Assembly (NCBI RefSeq): GCF_009914755.1
Contig: NC_060947.1
Length of the DNA stretch: 64,000 nt
DNA from: the human T2T-CHM13v2.0 reference genome, Homo sapiens
Strand: one strand, 5' to 3'
Below are positions 30,189 through 45,906 of the stretch, one piece after another. Each line of letters begins with the position of its first letter. Position 1 is the stretch's first letter. Both the position numbers and the translations under genes were made by a program. Under the pieces are notes generated by a model that ran no database searches, had not been told where the DNA came from, and worked only from the letters and a program-made list of their open reading frames with translations.

Positions 30189-30408
30189 TGTTTGACCCTT
30201 GAATAACACATGTCTGAAATGTGTGGGTCCACTTATATGTGGATAATTTTCGGCCAAACACAGGGATGTCAAACACACTTATACAGAGGGCTGACTTTTC
30301 ATGTATGTGGGTTTTACAGGGCTGACTGTGAAACTTGAGTATATATGGATTTTGGCATACACTGGGGATCCTGAAACTAATTCCATGCATATACCCAGGG
30401 ATGACTGT
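30189..30408. mobile_element. Tigger4a/MER46-type TcMar MITE
   Basis: ttgacccttgaataacacatgtctgaaatgtgtgggtccacttatatg...atacccagggatgactgta. Confidence 0.82.
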
Positions 30409-30672
30409 AGTTTTATTACTATAACAAATATCTTCTTCCATCATACTCATAATGGTTCAGTTTTCCTGGCTAAATCCTCACTAATACAATCCTGCAAATA
30501 CAACCAAGGCTTTCATGCCTTGTCCATAAGGTAGACTCTAAAATTTGAAAACCAAGTAAAACAGCATATATGTTTGCATGATTATTCAATTCTGAGTCAT
30601 GTAATGTTGGGTCAAGAAATGCCAAGACAGTCAGTGTACTAAAATTACATTACATCCTCTATGGATCCTAGT

Positions 30673-31358
<686 letters not shown>

Positions 31359-32899
31359 TAGTCTTAAGGTGAAATGGATGTTCTCTATGTGGGTGTTTTA
31401 TCGTATTTTCTTAAATCCATCAATCAAATAAAACCTGTTCTATTTCAGTTTGCTTGATGTTTGGATCACGATTTTCCTGCACATTTAAAAGCTTTTCCTG
31501 GAGTTTGCTTTTATTTATTTATCTCCTCATCCTTTACCCCTTTCTTTTGTCATTAGAGTTTTGGAAAAAAAAAAAAGCCAGATGAAGTATTGGAGAGTAT
31601 ACAAAATCCAATTTGTTGTTACTTAAATATCTAAAGCATTGCAGCCCTGTTAGGATAGAAAATATTAAGAAGACAGAATCAGACAATCAAGTGGTGAAGC
31701 AACCTGGATGTGGGGTTGTAGACTCAAATTAGAAGGAAAAATTATGTAGTGTATAAGTTGAATTCAGTTTATTGTATTTGGGCTATGAGAGCACACCACT
31801 GGAAAATCTGAACATAAGGGTTTCTACTGGCATAATGACTATTAGAAAAAGCACTCAACTTTTCCATCCACATTGTAGAAGGTATTAGAATCTCAGGTCC
31901 GAGCCAAAAGCTCTGGTCAATAAACATGAAATCCTCTGTGATAGTGATCCCAATTTTGAGAAAGTATTATTACTTCCACAGTGGGTAGCTTTTTAATGTT
32001 GGGAAAGTTTAGAATTGTGTATAGACATCACTAAATAAGTGAAAATGAAAACACCAGTACTTTCATGTTAAGTTCAGAAATGGTGTTTTTGTAATCATTG
32101 AGGCAATTTGTACATGTGGTGTTTTAAACATTTGTAATGTTTAAGATAATTTGACGTATAAAAGTATCTATCAGATTAGTTTTATGATTCCAACTGAGTA
32201 ATTGATTTTATACTTGTGTTTTCATCTTGAAAAGAATAAGAAAGCTCTAAGTTTCTAAGCAGTATTAGAATGTTCACACAGACTTAAAGATTCACCCATA
32301 TTTATACATTTCATTTATTGTATTTACTAGAATTGTTTAAGTACTTGTTTAGTTGTTTAGTGCTTGCTAGGGTCATTTAAAGTATTTAAAAAGAAAATTA
32401 GATATATTAAATTTACAAATGCAGCTGAAAATGTTTAAGATAATTTAGTTAAGTTAGAAATTGGACTGACTAATAAGTAGAATAATATTTGTAAATTTAA
32501 ATTAAAAGTTAAGGGAAAAGCTAGCTTTTAAATGTTCTAATTTAAACAAATTGAAATTAAACAAACCAATGTAATCATAGTCTTTGTGTGTGTGTGTGTG
32601 TATTTGTGTGTGTGTGTGTAGAAGTCACCTTTAATCACACCAAGAAACTTGCATTTTCAGTTTCTTCTAACTTTATTTAACTTTGTAATATCTTGAGATT
32701 TTTTTCCAAATCTGTCACTATGCCATTTATCCCATTGAAGTCACATTCCTTTTTTAGATTCTCTGTTTTCCTGTTCTGATCTGGTCTGGTTGTTCTTGAG
32801 GCCTGCTGCACAGCTGTAATACCAGAACTTCCCTCTCTTGCTTTCCTAAGATAAATCCACTGTTTTCTATATCAGATGACCAAGACTGCAAGTTGCCCT

Positions 32900-33215
32900 T
32901 CAATTTCCATTCTCCCCTTCTAAAATAGTAACAAATCCCCTAATTTTTAGATGAGCAAATAAAGATAAGTCCTGGCATTTCTTGCAGGTAGGTGTGACTA
33001 TGTAACTAAGTTCTGGCCAGTGGAATACAAGTGGAAGTGACACTTGCAATTTCCAGATTGTGTCCTTCTTACCTGCTTCATCCTGTTGCCTGGAACATGG
33101 ATGTATGTGAGGGTATACCAGCCTGGAACATGCATATGAGGGAAACAATTTGGGTAAGATAAAACAACAGGATGAAAGAAGCCCAGATTCCTGATACTGT
33201 GGATTCCTGGTCACT
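32900..33215. mobile_element. Old MLT1-like LTR fragment
   Basis: gtgtgactatgtaactaagttctggccagtggaatacaagtggaagtgacacttgcaatttcc. Confidence 0.6.
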
Positions 33216-33249
33216 CATTCATGTTGTTTAATTAAACAAAATATTTCAA

Positions 33250-33745
33250 CCCTTTCTTTTGAAATAATTTCTAACTTAAAAAATGCTGTAAAATACTACA
33301 ATGAATTCTTATATATGTGAATGTCTTACACAACAAAAGCACAATTATCAAAATTAGGAAATTAATATTGATAAAACACTCTAATTTCATCAATGGAATT
33401 TATTCAGATTTCACCAATTGACCACTAATGTCATTTTCCTGGTCTAGAATACAATCCAGGACCACATGATGTATTTAGTTGTTAAGTCTACTTTAATGTG
33501 ACAGTTCCTCAGTGTTTCATTGCCTTTCATGACCTAACACTTTAAAAGAGGACAGTCCAGTTATTTTGTAGAATGCCACTTTATTTGGGTTTGTCTGATA
33601 TTTCTTCAGGATTAAATTCGGGTTATTTATGCATTTTGGATAGAAATGATGTTGAGTCCTCAGTACATCATATTAGGAGGCACATGATGTTACTTTGTCC
33701 CATTACTGGTAATGTTAGTTTTGATTGTGTAGTTAAGTTGCCCAT
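33250..33745 (-). mobile_element. L1MC-type 3'UTR
   Basis: ttattcagatttcaccaattg...atccaggaccacatgatgtatttagttg...tttgggtttgtctgatatttc. Confidence 0.75.
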
Positions 33746-33771
33746 GTATTTTTAAAGTTGTGTTAAAAATA

Positions 33772-36453
33772 CAGCCGAATTCTACCAGATGTTCTACGAA
33801 GAACAGCTGGTACCATTCCTACTGAAACTATTCCAAAAAACTGAGGAGGAGGGACTCCTCCCTAACATATTCTATGAGGCCAGCAGCATCCTGATGCCAA
33901 AACCTGGCAGAGACCAACAAAAAAGAAAACTTTAGGCCAATATCCTTGATGAATATCAGTGCAAAAATCCTCAACAAAATACAGGCAAACTGAATCCAGT
34001 AGCACATTAAAAGCTCACTTACCACAATCAAGTAGGCTTTATCCCTGGGATGCAAGGTTGGTTCAACATATGAAAATCAATAAATGTGATTCATCACATA
34101 AATAGAACTAAAGACAAAAACCACATGATTACCTTAATAGACGCAGAAAAGGCTTTTGATAAAATTCAATATCCCTTCATGTTAAAAACTCTCAATAAGC
34201 TAGATATTGAAGGAATACACCACAAAATAATAATAGCTATCTATGACAAATCCATAGCCAACATCATACTGAATGGACAAATGCTGGAAGCATTCCCCTT
34301 GAAAGCTGGCACAAGACAATGTCCCTCTCTCACTACTCTTATTCAATATAGTATTGGAAGTCCTGGACAGAGCAATCAGGCAAGAGAAATGAATAAAGAA
34401 CATCCATATAGAAAGCGAGGAAGTCAAAATATCACTGTTGGCAAATGACTTGATTCTGTATCTAGAATTCCCCATAGTCTCAGCCTAAAAGCTCCTTGAT
34501 ATGATAAACAAGTTCAGCAAACAGGATACAAAATCAATGTACAGAAATCACTAGCATTCCTATACACCAACAGAAGCCAAGCTGAGAGCCAAATCAGGAA
34601 GGTGATCCCATTCACAATTGCCACAAAAAGTATAAAATACCTAGGAATACAGGTAACTAGGGAGCTGAAAGATCTCTACAATGAGAATTACAGAACACTG
34701 CTGAAAGAAATCAGAGATGACACAAAGAAATGGCCAAACATTCCATGCTCATGGTTAGAAAGAAAAAATATCATTAAAATGGCCATACTACCCAAAGCAA
34801 TTTATCAATTCAATGCCATTCCTGTCAAACAACCAATGACATTCTTCACAGAACTAGAAAAAATCATTTTCACATTCATATGGAACCAAAAATGATCCCA
34901 AATAGCCAAGGTAATCCTAAGCAAAAATAAAAAACAACAACAACAAAAAAAAAAAACACAAAAAACAAACAAACAAAACGAAAACCAAAACAAAGGTGGA
35001 GACATCATGCTTCCCGACTTCAAACTATTCTACAGGGCTACAGTAACCAAAACAGCATGGTACTGGTACAAAAGCGACACGTAGACCAATGGAATAGAAC
35101 AGAGAGCCCAGAAATAAGGCTGCACGTTTACAACCATCTAATCTTTGACAAAGCTGACAAAAACAAGCAATGGGGAAAGGACTCCCTATTCAAGAAGTCA
35201 TGGCAGGATAACTGGCCAGCTATATGCAGAAGATTGAAACTGGACCCCTTCCTTATATCATACACAAAAATCAACTCAAGATGAATTGAAGACTTAAATG
35301 TAAAAGCCAAAAGTGTAAAAACTCTGGAGGACAACCTAGGTAATACCATTCTGGACATAGGAACAGGCAAAGATTTCATGATGAAGATGCCAAAAGCAAT
35401 CACCACAAAAGCAAAAATTGACAAATAGGATCTAATTAAACTAAAGTACTTCTGCACAGCAAAAGAAACTATATAAACAGAGTAAACAGATAACCTACAG
35501 AATGGGAGAAAGTATTTGCAAACTATGCAACTGACAAAGGTCTAATATCCAGCATCTATAAGGAACTTAAATTTGAAAGAAAAAAAAAAACCCATGAAAA
35601 AGTAGGCAAAGGACATGAACAGACATTTTTCAAAAGAAGACATGCATGTGGCTGACAAGCATATGAAAAAATGCCCAATATCATTAGAACATTAAAGTAA
35701 TGCAAATTAAAACCACAATGAGATACTGTCTGACACTGGTCAGAATGGCTATTATTAAAAAGTCAAAAAATAACAGATGCTACTGGGGTTGCAGAGAAAA
35801 GGGAACAATTATATGTTATTGGTGGGAGTGTAAATTAGTTCAGCCACTCTGGAATGCAGTGTGGTGATTCCTCAAAGACCTAACAGCAGAACTACCATTA
35901 GACCCAGCAATCTCATTACTGGATATATACCGAAAAGAGCATAAATTGTTCTACCATAAACACACATGCACGTGTATGTTCATCGCAGCACTATTCCCAA
36001 TAGCGAAGACATGGAATCAACCATCAGTGCCATATTGGATAAAGAAACTGTGGTACATATACACCATGGAATACTATGCAGCCATACATATACACCATGG
36101 AATACTATGCAGCCATAAAAAAGAATAAGACTATGACCTCTGCAGGAACATGGATGAAGCTGGAAGCCATTATCCTTAGCAAACTGATGCAGGAACAGGC
36201 AACCAAATACTGCATGTTCTCACTTATAAGTGGGAGCTAAATGATGAGAATTTATGAACACAAGGAAACAATAGATACTGGTGTCTACTTGAGGGTGGAG
36301 GGTGGGAGGAGGGAGAGGAGCAGAAAAGATAACTATTGGGTACTGGGCTTAATTCCTGGGTGATGATGACATAATCTGTACAACAAACCCCCATTATGAG
36401 TTTATGTATGTTACAAACCTTCCCATGTAACCCCATACCTAAAATAAAAGTTT
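33772..36453 (+). mobile_element. 5'-truncated L1 (old L1PA type), 2.7 kb with degenerate RT-containing ORF2
   Basis: ORF2 peptides [27 protein letters not shown] and [16 protein letters not shown]; 3'UTR and poly(A); TSD ttgtgttaaaa at about 33758 and about 36459. Confidence 0.96.
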
Positions 36454-38254
36454 AAAAAATTGTGTTAAAATGCATGCAACATAAAATTTGTCATTTGAGT
36501 ATTCAAGTCAGTGATATTTGAGTACATTTGCAGTGTGCAGTCATCACTTTCATTTAGCCCCAGAACATTTTTATCACCTGAAATGGAAACCTCATGCCCA
36601 TGAAAGCAGTCACTACCCATTCCTCACTTTCCCAAACCTTAGCCACCACTATTCTGTTTCTGTCTCTATGAACTTGCTTATTCTGAATATTTAATATAAA
36701 TGGAAGAATACAATATATGGCCTTTTGTTTCTGGCTTCTTTCTCTCAGCATATTGTTTCAAAGTTCATCCATGTTGTTACATGTATCAGTACTTTATTGA
36801 TTTTAGTAGTTGGATTATGTTTTATTGGGTGGTTATTGCACATCTTGTTTGTCCATTCATCAGCTAATGGATATTTGGGTTGTTACTTTTTGGCTATTAC
36901 AAAAAAATTCTGCTCTGAAGATTTGTTACAAGTTTTTGTGTGAACATATGTTTTTAGTTCTCTTGGGTGTATACCTAGAAACGGAATTGCTGGGTTATAT
37001 GATAATTCTGTGTCCAACGTTACTGAGGAACAACCAAATAGTTTTTCACAGTGGATGCACCATTTTCTTTCCCACCAGGGAATGAGTGAGGGTGCTAATT
37101 TCTCCATGTCCTTTTCCGTTTTTTGATTGTAGCCATTCTAGTGGGTGGGAAGTGGTATTTCATTGTGGTTTTGATTTGCATTTCCCTAATGACTAATGAT
37201 GTTGAGCATCTTTCCTGTATGATTGGTAATCATATGCCTACTTTCGTTTCTGATTTTAGTGATTTCTATTTTCTCTCTTCTTTCTTAGTCAGTGTCGCTA
37301 AAGGTTTGTCCATTTTGTGGATCTTTTCAAAGAGCAAACTTTTGGTTTTATTGATTTACTTCATAGTTTTTTATATACTATTTCATTTATATCTGCCTTA
37401 AAATTTATTATTTCCTTGCATCTACTATTGTTTATTTGAGAGTGTGTGTTGTTTAATTTCTACGTTTTTTGTGTTATTGATTTTTAAGTTTATTTTATTG
37501 CACTCAGAGGAGGTATTTTGTATGGTTTTAATATTTTAACATTCATTGAGACTTATTTTGTAGCCTACCATATGGTTTATTCTGGAGAATACTCCACTTG
37601 CACTTGAGAAGAATATATAGTCTGCTATTTTTGCATGGATTATTCTATATAGGTTTGTTAGGTCTAGTTGGTTTATAGTGTTATCCTCTATATCTTTATC
37701 GATCTTTTGTCTACTTGTTCTATCCATGATTGGAAGGGGGATATTGAAAAGTTTATTATTGTACAACTATTTTTTTCTTCCATTCTGTTAATTTTTGCTT
37801 CATATATTTTGGGACTCTGATGTTAGGTACGTATACATTCATAATTGTCATACCTTATTGATAGGTTGACTCTTTTTATCAATATATAAAGTCCCTTTTT
37901 GTCTCATAATAATTTTTGACTTAAAGACTCTTTTGTCTGATATTTGTATAGCTACTGGAGCTCTCTTTTGGTTACTATTTACATGGAATATATTTTTTTG
38001 CATGGAATATCTTTTACTATCCTTTCACTTTCAGCCTAGTTATATCTTTGCATCTAAAGTAAATCTCTTACAGACAGCATATAGTTTGGGCCATGTGTTT
38101 CTTTCCATTCTCCCAACCTGTCTTTTAATTGCTAAGTATAATCCCTTTGCATGTAGTGTAATTACTGATGAGGAAGGACTTACTTCTGTCATTTTGCTAT
38201 TTGTTTTCTATACATCTTATATCTTATTTGTTCCTCAACTCCTTCACTACTACC

Positions 38255-38554
38255 TTTTTTTTCTTTTTTTTTGAGACAGAGTTTCGCTCTGTTGCCCAGG
38301 CTGGAGTGCAGTGGCACCATCTCTGCTAACTGTAACCTCTGCCTCCTGGGTTCAAGTGATTCCCCTGCCTCAGCCTCCTGAGTAGCTGGGATTACAGGCA
38401 CGTGCCGCCACGCCCGGCTAATTATTGCATTTTTAGTAGAAACAGGGTTTTACCATGTTTGTCAGGTTGGTCTCGAACTCCTGATCTCAGGTGATCCGCC
38501 CGCCTCGGCCTCCCAAAGTGCCAGGATTACAGGGGTGAGCCACTGTGCCCGGCC
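38255..38554 (-). mobile_element. AluSp/Sq-type SINE
   Basis: Full reverse dimer; TSD cactactacctt / cattactgcctt. Confidence 0.93.
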
Positions 38555-39576
38555 CATTACTGCCTTCTTGTGTGTTTAGTTGATTTTTTTAGTGTACCAT
38601 TTTGATTACTTTCTCATTTCTTTTTCTGTATATTTCTCAGTTATCTTCTTAGTATTCCTAACAATAACAATTAATATGTTAAATTTATAAGAAACAAGTT
38701 TGAATTAATATTAACCTGGCTTCAATAGTATATAAAAAATGTATATATATATATCTGCTCCCATATAGGACCATCCTTCCCTCTTTATGCAAATCGTGTC
38801 ACAAATTACATCTTATACATTGTGTGCACATTAGCATAGATTTATAGTTATTGTTTTATGCATTTGTCTTTTAAATCACATAGGTAAAAAAGAGGCATTA
38901 CAAACCAAAAATACAATAATATTAGATCTCCCCAGCTTTATTTTCATATAATTGAGAAATAAATATTATATATATTGAAGGTGTACAACATGCTTTTTTA
39001 ATATATGTATTCTATATTTACCTATGTAGTGACATTTACCAGTATTCTTTATTTCTTCATAGGGCTTCAAGTTACTGTCCAGTGTGTGCTTTCATTTCAG
39101 GCTAAAGAACTCGTTTTAGTATTTCTTATAGGACAGGGATACAAGCAATGAACTTCCTCAGCTTTTGCGTATCTGAGAATATCTTAATTTCTACTTCATT
39201 TTTGAAGGATACTTTTGCCAAATACAGAATTATTGATTGACAAGTTATTTTTTTCTTTCAGCAGCACTTTAAATATTTCATAGTACTGCGTTCTGGGCTT
39301 TATGGTTTCTGAAGTGAAATTGGCCGTTAATCTTTTTGAGGATCCTTTGTGTGTAATGAATCACTTCTTGGTGATTTCAAGATTTTCTCTTTGTCTTTCA
39401 ACAATTTGATTATTAAGTGTTTTGGTGAGTTTAAATGTTTTACTGAGTTTATCCTACTAGATATAAATTGAGTTTCTTGGATGTTTAGATTCATATATTT
39501 CATCTAATTTGGGGACTTGGGGCCATTATTTCTTCAAACTTTCTTTCTGTTCATTTCTGTTTTTTAAAATTTTAAT

Positions 39577-40082
<506 letters not shown>

Positions 40083-40271
40083 TAACATGGTGTTCTTTTG
40101 GTTTCCTTTAGTTCTTTGTCCATGGTTTTCTTTAGCTCCATGAGCATGTTTAACACACTTGATTTAAAGTCTTGTCTAATAAGTCCATTTTCCTGGATTC
40201 CCTCAGGAACAGTTTCTGTTGATCTCGTATTTTCCTCATAACAGACCATGCTTTCCTATTTCTTTGTACAC

Positions 40272-40397
40272 TTTATTTTATTTTTTTTTAAATTAGAGAT
40301 GGGGTCTTGCTATGTTGCTATGTAGGCTGGTCTCAAATTCCTGGCCTCAAGTGATTCTCCCATTTTGGCCTCCCAAAGTGCTGGAATTACAGGCATA
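40272..40397 (-). mobile_element. FLAM-type Alu monomer
   Basis: agagatggggtcttgctatgttg...cccaaagtgctggaattacaggcat. Confidence 0.85.
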
Positions 40398-41461
40398 AGA
40401 CATAAGTTATAATTTTTTGTTGAAAACTAGACATTTTGAACATTATTTTGTGGTAACTCAGGAGATTAGATTCTCACCACTTCTCTTGAGTTTTTGTTGC
40501 TGCTTGCCTTATTTATGCTTATTTGTATAGTGCCTTTTCTAAACTAATTTTGTAAAGATGATATTCTTTGTTGTGTGTGATCACTGAAGTATGTGGTCCA
40601 TTAGCTTGGTGGTCAGTTATTATTTTGACAGGGTTTCCTTAAATGCTTAGACCAGGAGAAAGAAAAATCTACTCTCAGTGTTGACATATTAGATCTGTGT
40701 TGGGGCACTCATTCATAGCTTAGCCACATTGCTTACAAGTCTACCTCAGCCTTCACTTCGTGCTTGTGCAGAGCCTAATGGTCATCCAGAGGTGAAAGCT
40801 TAGGGTCTTCTCTGGCTTTTTCTGTACATGTATCCATCCTTGGCTAGTCTTATGGTTTTCTCAATTTCTCAGTATATCTAGGAGCTTTAAAAAGCCATTT
40901 TACCCACATATAACCCCTTTCCTAATCTCTTCCCATGCTTCTTGGTCTATCTATTGCTTGTCCCCACTGTTGTTCCTTGGCACAGTCCACTGTGGCCAAT
41001 ACTTGTACCTTTACATATTTATGTTAAATGCTGCCTTAGAAGCTGTCCCAGCCCTGGGAATGCTCTGAGTCAAAAAACAAAGGCAGCCCATGTGCCTGTT
41101 CTTCAGTGGGCCACCAGACTGCTAGAAATGGACATCCAGAATTATTTGAGAAAAAGTTCCATATTGCTCTCTCTGGTACTAACAACCTTTACCAGGAGTG
41201 TGGGCTGCTATCCTTAGAGCCACTGCTGATCTGGGAGTTGGGGGATGGTAGGCAGGCCATTTTAAATGCTACATCTCTCTCTTACCATATTGCAGCCATT
41301 TCTTTCTTCACCATGCCTTCCCTAGTGATTGTAAGTTTTTGACTAGATTTCAGAGTTCTGCAAAAGTTGATTCTGACAGTTTTTGACAGTTTATTAGTTG
41401 TTTTTGTTGTGGATGGAGCACTGGAGTTCCCTTGCCATTTTCATTGATATCACTACCCTGT

Positions 41462-41778
<317 letters not shown>

Positions 41779-42729
41779 CATTTGTTTTTTTTTTAAGAAA
41801 AATTACTGGGTAGCTGGTGTGGGTTTTCCATTTGCTATTGCATAAAGCAGCTTTGTTTTCCAGGTACATCTCTCCACTGATGGCTCACTGGGATATCTGA
41901 CAGGAATGTCTTTATGTAGTAGGGTGGGGATGGGGGCTGGTTGCTTGGAAAGTTTTGTTTTGGGCTGGGAATTGGCTCTCTGGCTATTAGCCTTCTAAAT
42001 GCCTAGTGAGAAGGATATTTCTCTGAGAAGCCTATATTCAAACCAAAAGTTTTAGCTTTATTCATAGCATTAATTTCTTTTCAGATAAAAGCCTTCTAGT
42101 TTTTGTTTGTTTGTTTGTTTGTTTGTTTTTTTGCTTGTTAGCAAATGCGAGTAAATGGTACTCTAGTAAGGAATTTGGGAGGAATATGGTGGTGGGGACT
42201 GATACAACTGTTCTGTTTTACAAATCTTCAATTCCCCAGTTTAAAGCCCCACTTCTCATTCCTGTTCCCTTCTGTACTTGCTGACTTACAGCCCAGAGTA
42301 TCTCCAGGATTCTGCCAAATAGGCTGGCTCCTGTTTCCTCTGGAGCTTCCTTATAACATTTTCTAGGCTGTGGTTTTATCTATCTGTTTCATCTGCCAAC
42401 TTGCTCATATCTACTTTCCTTCTTCCAGAAACGTGTTGGGATCTCTTTTTGTTGGTAATTTCCTCAACTTCTGTCTAGTTCTTTTTGCCTTTGGAGGTTT
42501 ATTCCCTTATGTACTGCTGTACTTTTATATTAAGGGAATCTAGGAGGCGTTGGGAGCAATGTATGCAGCTAGTCTACCATCTTGAACTGGGGTCAACAAA
42601 TAGTTTTGAGTACCTTCCCTGTACCAGGTACTATGCTAGGTGCTAGGGGTGTAAACATGAATGAAACTTATTTCATGGTATCAAGGAGCTCATAGTGTGG
42701 TAGCATAGGGAGACCCATGCAATGGATAT

Positions 42730-44018
42730 TACAATGGGACTTGTCTCCAAAGCTGAAAACAAAGGGTATTAAGGGCTCACATATTCTAAAGAGAGGTGAC
42801 ACACCATTTTTACAGAACTTGCTAAAGGACAACTTCCAAAATATGATTTGTGTCCATTAAATCCTTTGAAGGCATGTAAAGGAAGCTGGGGATTGACTGA
42901 GAGGAGAGTGATAGAAAAGATAGTTTTGAAGAGAGGTATGGGAGTGCTATGGAGTTTCTCCTGCTCATGGGGGAGTGGAGGAGGTGTTTCCCACTCACTT
43001 AAGTGGAAGGTGGCTACAAGAGAATCACTCCAGGAGCTTTGACATGTGTTCCCTGGGGATTGATATTTGTAGGAGCTGGTAACTTACTCGTACCTAAAAA
43101 CAAAGTCTAAAGGTGAAAGGGGCTACGGCTACGGCAGCCTGTGAAAACAGAGGAAAGAGAGAGGGCTACATTGGCAGGGAGCTGTACTTCTGCCAGTGTG
43201 TGGGTGAAGCTGTCTGTTTCCCAGGGGCCAGAGGTGGTCATCAGGATAGAAAGTTAGAGTTGGGTCATCTTATTAGGGGTCTCCCCTAAGAGGATTGCTT
43301 AGAGGTATGCAATGATCCAAACAGAGGAATGGACTGATGGAAACCCAGGACAGAGGAGTTGAAAAGGGCCTGCCAGATGAAGTGTTGCCTAGGCCAGGAA
43401 AACTGCAGGTGAGAGATCTCCAGTGATGGGAGGCTCCAAGGAACCCTTTAGAGAAAGTGTCAGCTTTGGACATATGCCACACTCTTCAATCAATGCCAGG
43501 TTAAAATTTAACCAGTCAAGGAAAGCTCTTTTTTTTGGCCCTTACTTTTTCTAGTCCTTCCCTGGCAGACTTCTTTCAACTCCTCGGTCCTGGGATTCCA
43601 TCAGTTCATTCCTCTGTTGGGATCATTTCAGAGTTGGAACAGCATAGGGAGTGTGTGTGGTGGGGTGTGTGAGGAGGGATCAGAAGAGGAAATGGACCAA
43701 TGGGGAAGTCAACCATGCTCCACATCCTTCCCCTACTGTGTTTCTTGGCTGAGTTAGACCTGAGCTTGGGGAGGAGATAAGCTTGGAAATGGGTGACAGA
43801 TTGAAGCTATAATATACTAGACTGAACTGAAAACTTTAATGCCTGAAAACAAAACTATGTTTTAATATCCGAGAGTGACTGAAAAAGATATGAGATCTGT
43901 CTGAAGTTTTATGCAGGGGTGGGGAAAAATGATTCCACAGAGCTTGTGATGTGAAAGAATTATATTGCTTTCTGCTTACACCCTACTGTGTCTAGCTCAT
44001 TCAATAAACTAGTTTATA
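42730..44018 (+). mobile_element. Long ancient LTR (LTR78-like) inserted in a minus-strand L2 (about 42590-42720 and 44020-44400)
   Basis: 3' end gagtgactgaaaaagatatgagatctg...gattccacagagc...ttgctttctgcttacaccctactgtgtctagctcattcaataaac; L2 motifs on both sides. Confidence 0.68.
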
Positions 44019-44398
44019 TAAGTGCTACACTATTTGTATAGTCAAGGTTCAGTGAGTAGGTAGCACATAGAAGAAAGTAATAAACTCTTTCCAGGGAGGC
44101 CAGGGGAAGGCCTGACACTTTCTCTCAGAGGAGTTAGTGTTTGAACTGGGTCTTAAAGAATAAGAAGGAATTTCTTAGGTGAGGATGAGGCAGGAGGACA
44201 TTTCAGAAAGAGGGAACAGCATGTACAAAAGTAGGAGGTGTATATGGGTGATTGCATGTGGTTTGGTGATTCTGAATCATTGTAGTGTAAACTGCTGTTG
44301 GGTGGGGAGGGAGGTCATACTTGCATTTTAAAAGGTCACTTTTGTCACAATGTGTTAAGTGGGATAGTGAGAATTGTGGAGACTGGGAAACAATGTCA

Positions 44399-44641
<243 letters not shown>

Positions 44642-44782
44642 CTAAATATAGTAGATTCCCAGCTTGAGTTCTACCTGGGAATTGGACCTGTCTGGGATTA
44701 TTCAATGAACCGCAGGGATGGGCAGCCATGTCTTTTAGCATCAGGTCCTGTAAGGTCCCCCTAAAGTGAGCTCATTCTAAGC

Positions 44783-45259
44783 CAGTGGTCCTTAACCTGA
44801 GGTTCACAAATAGAATCCATGGGGTCTGTGAACTTGGAAGGGAAAACAATTACATCTTTGAAACTTAGTGCTTTCCCCTAATTATGAACATACACAGCAA
44901 ACTACAGTGGCATTAGCCATATCTGTGACCCTGTCATGGATAGAAATCACAGACATTTTCATATCACGTTGCATTTTTTTCAGATGTCTCAAAATAGTAT
45001 TTACTCAGGCATTGCTTTGAGTTATTGCGGTGTTAGACCTGCTGCTGGATCATTTATTTAATGTGTTAATAAAAAGCATACATGTTATATAAAATTTGTT
45101 CTAAAAATAGTTTGATAACTATTACAATGTAACGGGTTTCCTTTGTAATCCTATGTATTTTGTTTTATGCATTTAAGAACATTAGTCTGAGAAAGGGTCC
45201 ATGGGGTTCATTAGAGTGCCAAAGAGTTGCATGGCACAAAAAAATGGTAGGAACCCCTG
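44783..45259 (+). mobile_element. Charlie4-type hAT element
   Basis: TIR-like ends cagtggtccttaacc / ggtaggaacccctg; gtgaacttggaagggaaaacaattacatc. Confidence 0.78.
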
Positions 45260-45740
45260 TTTAAGGAAAAAAAGAATCACCCAAATTTGTCTCCCTGTCC
45301 ACTTACACGCAGGACTGAGTAGCTGATGATGAAAAGGGATACCTGCATGCTCCCTGTGAGAAAGAGGCTTCTGTTAACTTATACTATCCGCCCTTCCTTT
45401 TTTTCAGTAAAAAAAGATAATAGAGCATAAGCGGCCTTCTTCCCCACTTTTCAGCAGAGCACCACGCAGATCTGCCATCTCTAGGCTCCTCAGCTAAAGC
45501 AAGACATCAAGGAGCCTGGTAGGAGATGGCAGGAGATGCCTAATGGGGGACAGTGATGCCTGGCTGATGCCATAATGTCCAGCTAAGAGAGTGAGGAACA
45601 GAGGTGGAGGCAGAAGAAAGAAATGGCAGAAACCGCATCGTGGGTGATAGGACAGCTGGTTAGACTAGTTTGTGCTTGCAGGTGATATCCACTCCCTAAG
45701 AATGCCTGGAGACACTCTGGAGGGCTTTTAATTGAAGAAG

Positions 45741-45906
45741 CCCTCGACCCACGACAGGTTGCGGGGTGTGATGTTCCCCGCCCTGTGTCCAAGTGTTCTC
45801 TTTGTTTAATTCCCACCTATGAATGAGAACATGCAGTGTTTGGTTTTCTGTCCTTGTGATAATTTGCTCAGAATGATGGTTTCCAGCTTCATCCATGTCC
45901 CTGCAA
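45741..45906 (-). mobile_element. Isolated internal L1PA fragment with no poly(A) and no TSD
   Basis: Aligns to 46735-46907 of the neighbouring L1PA. Confidence 0.92.

Noticed and set aside
33772-36453. Reverse transcriptase as a novel retroelement or defence system
   Set aside because: Ordinary truncated LINE-1 ORF2 with multiple stops and frameshifts; the same applies to 49284-56165.
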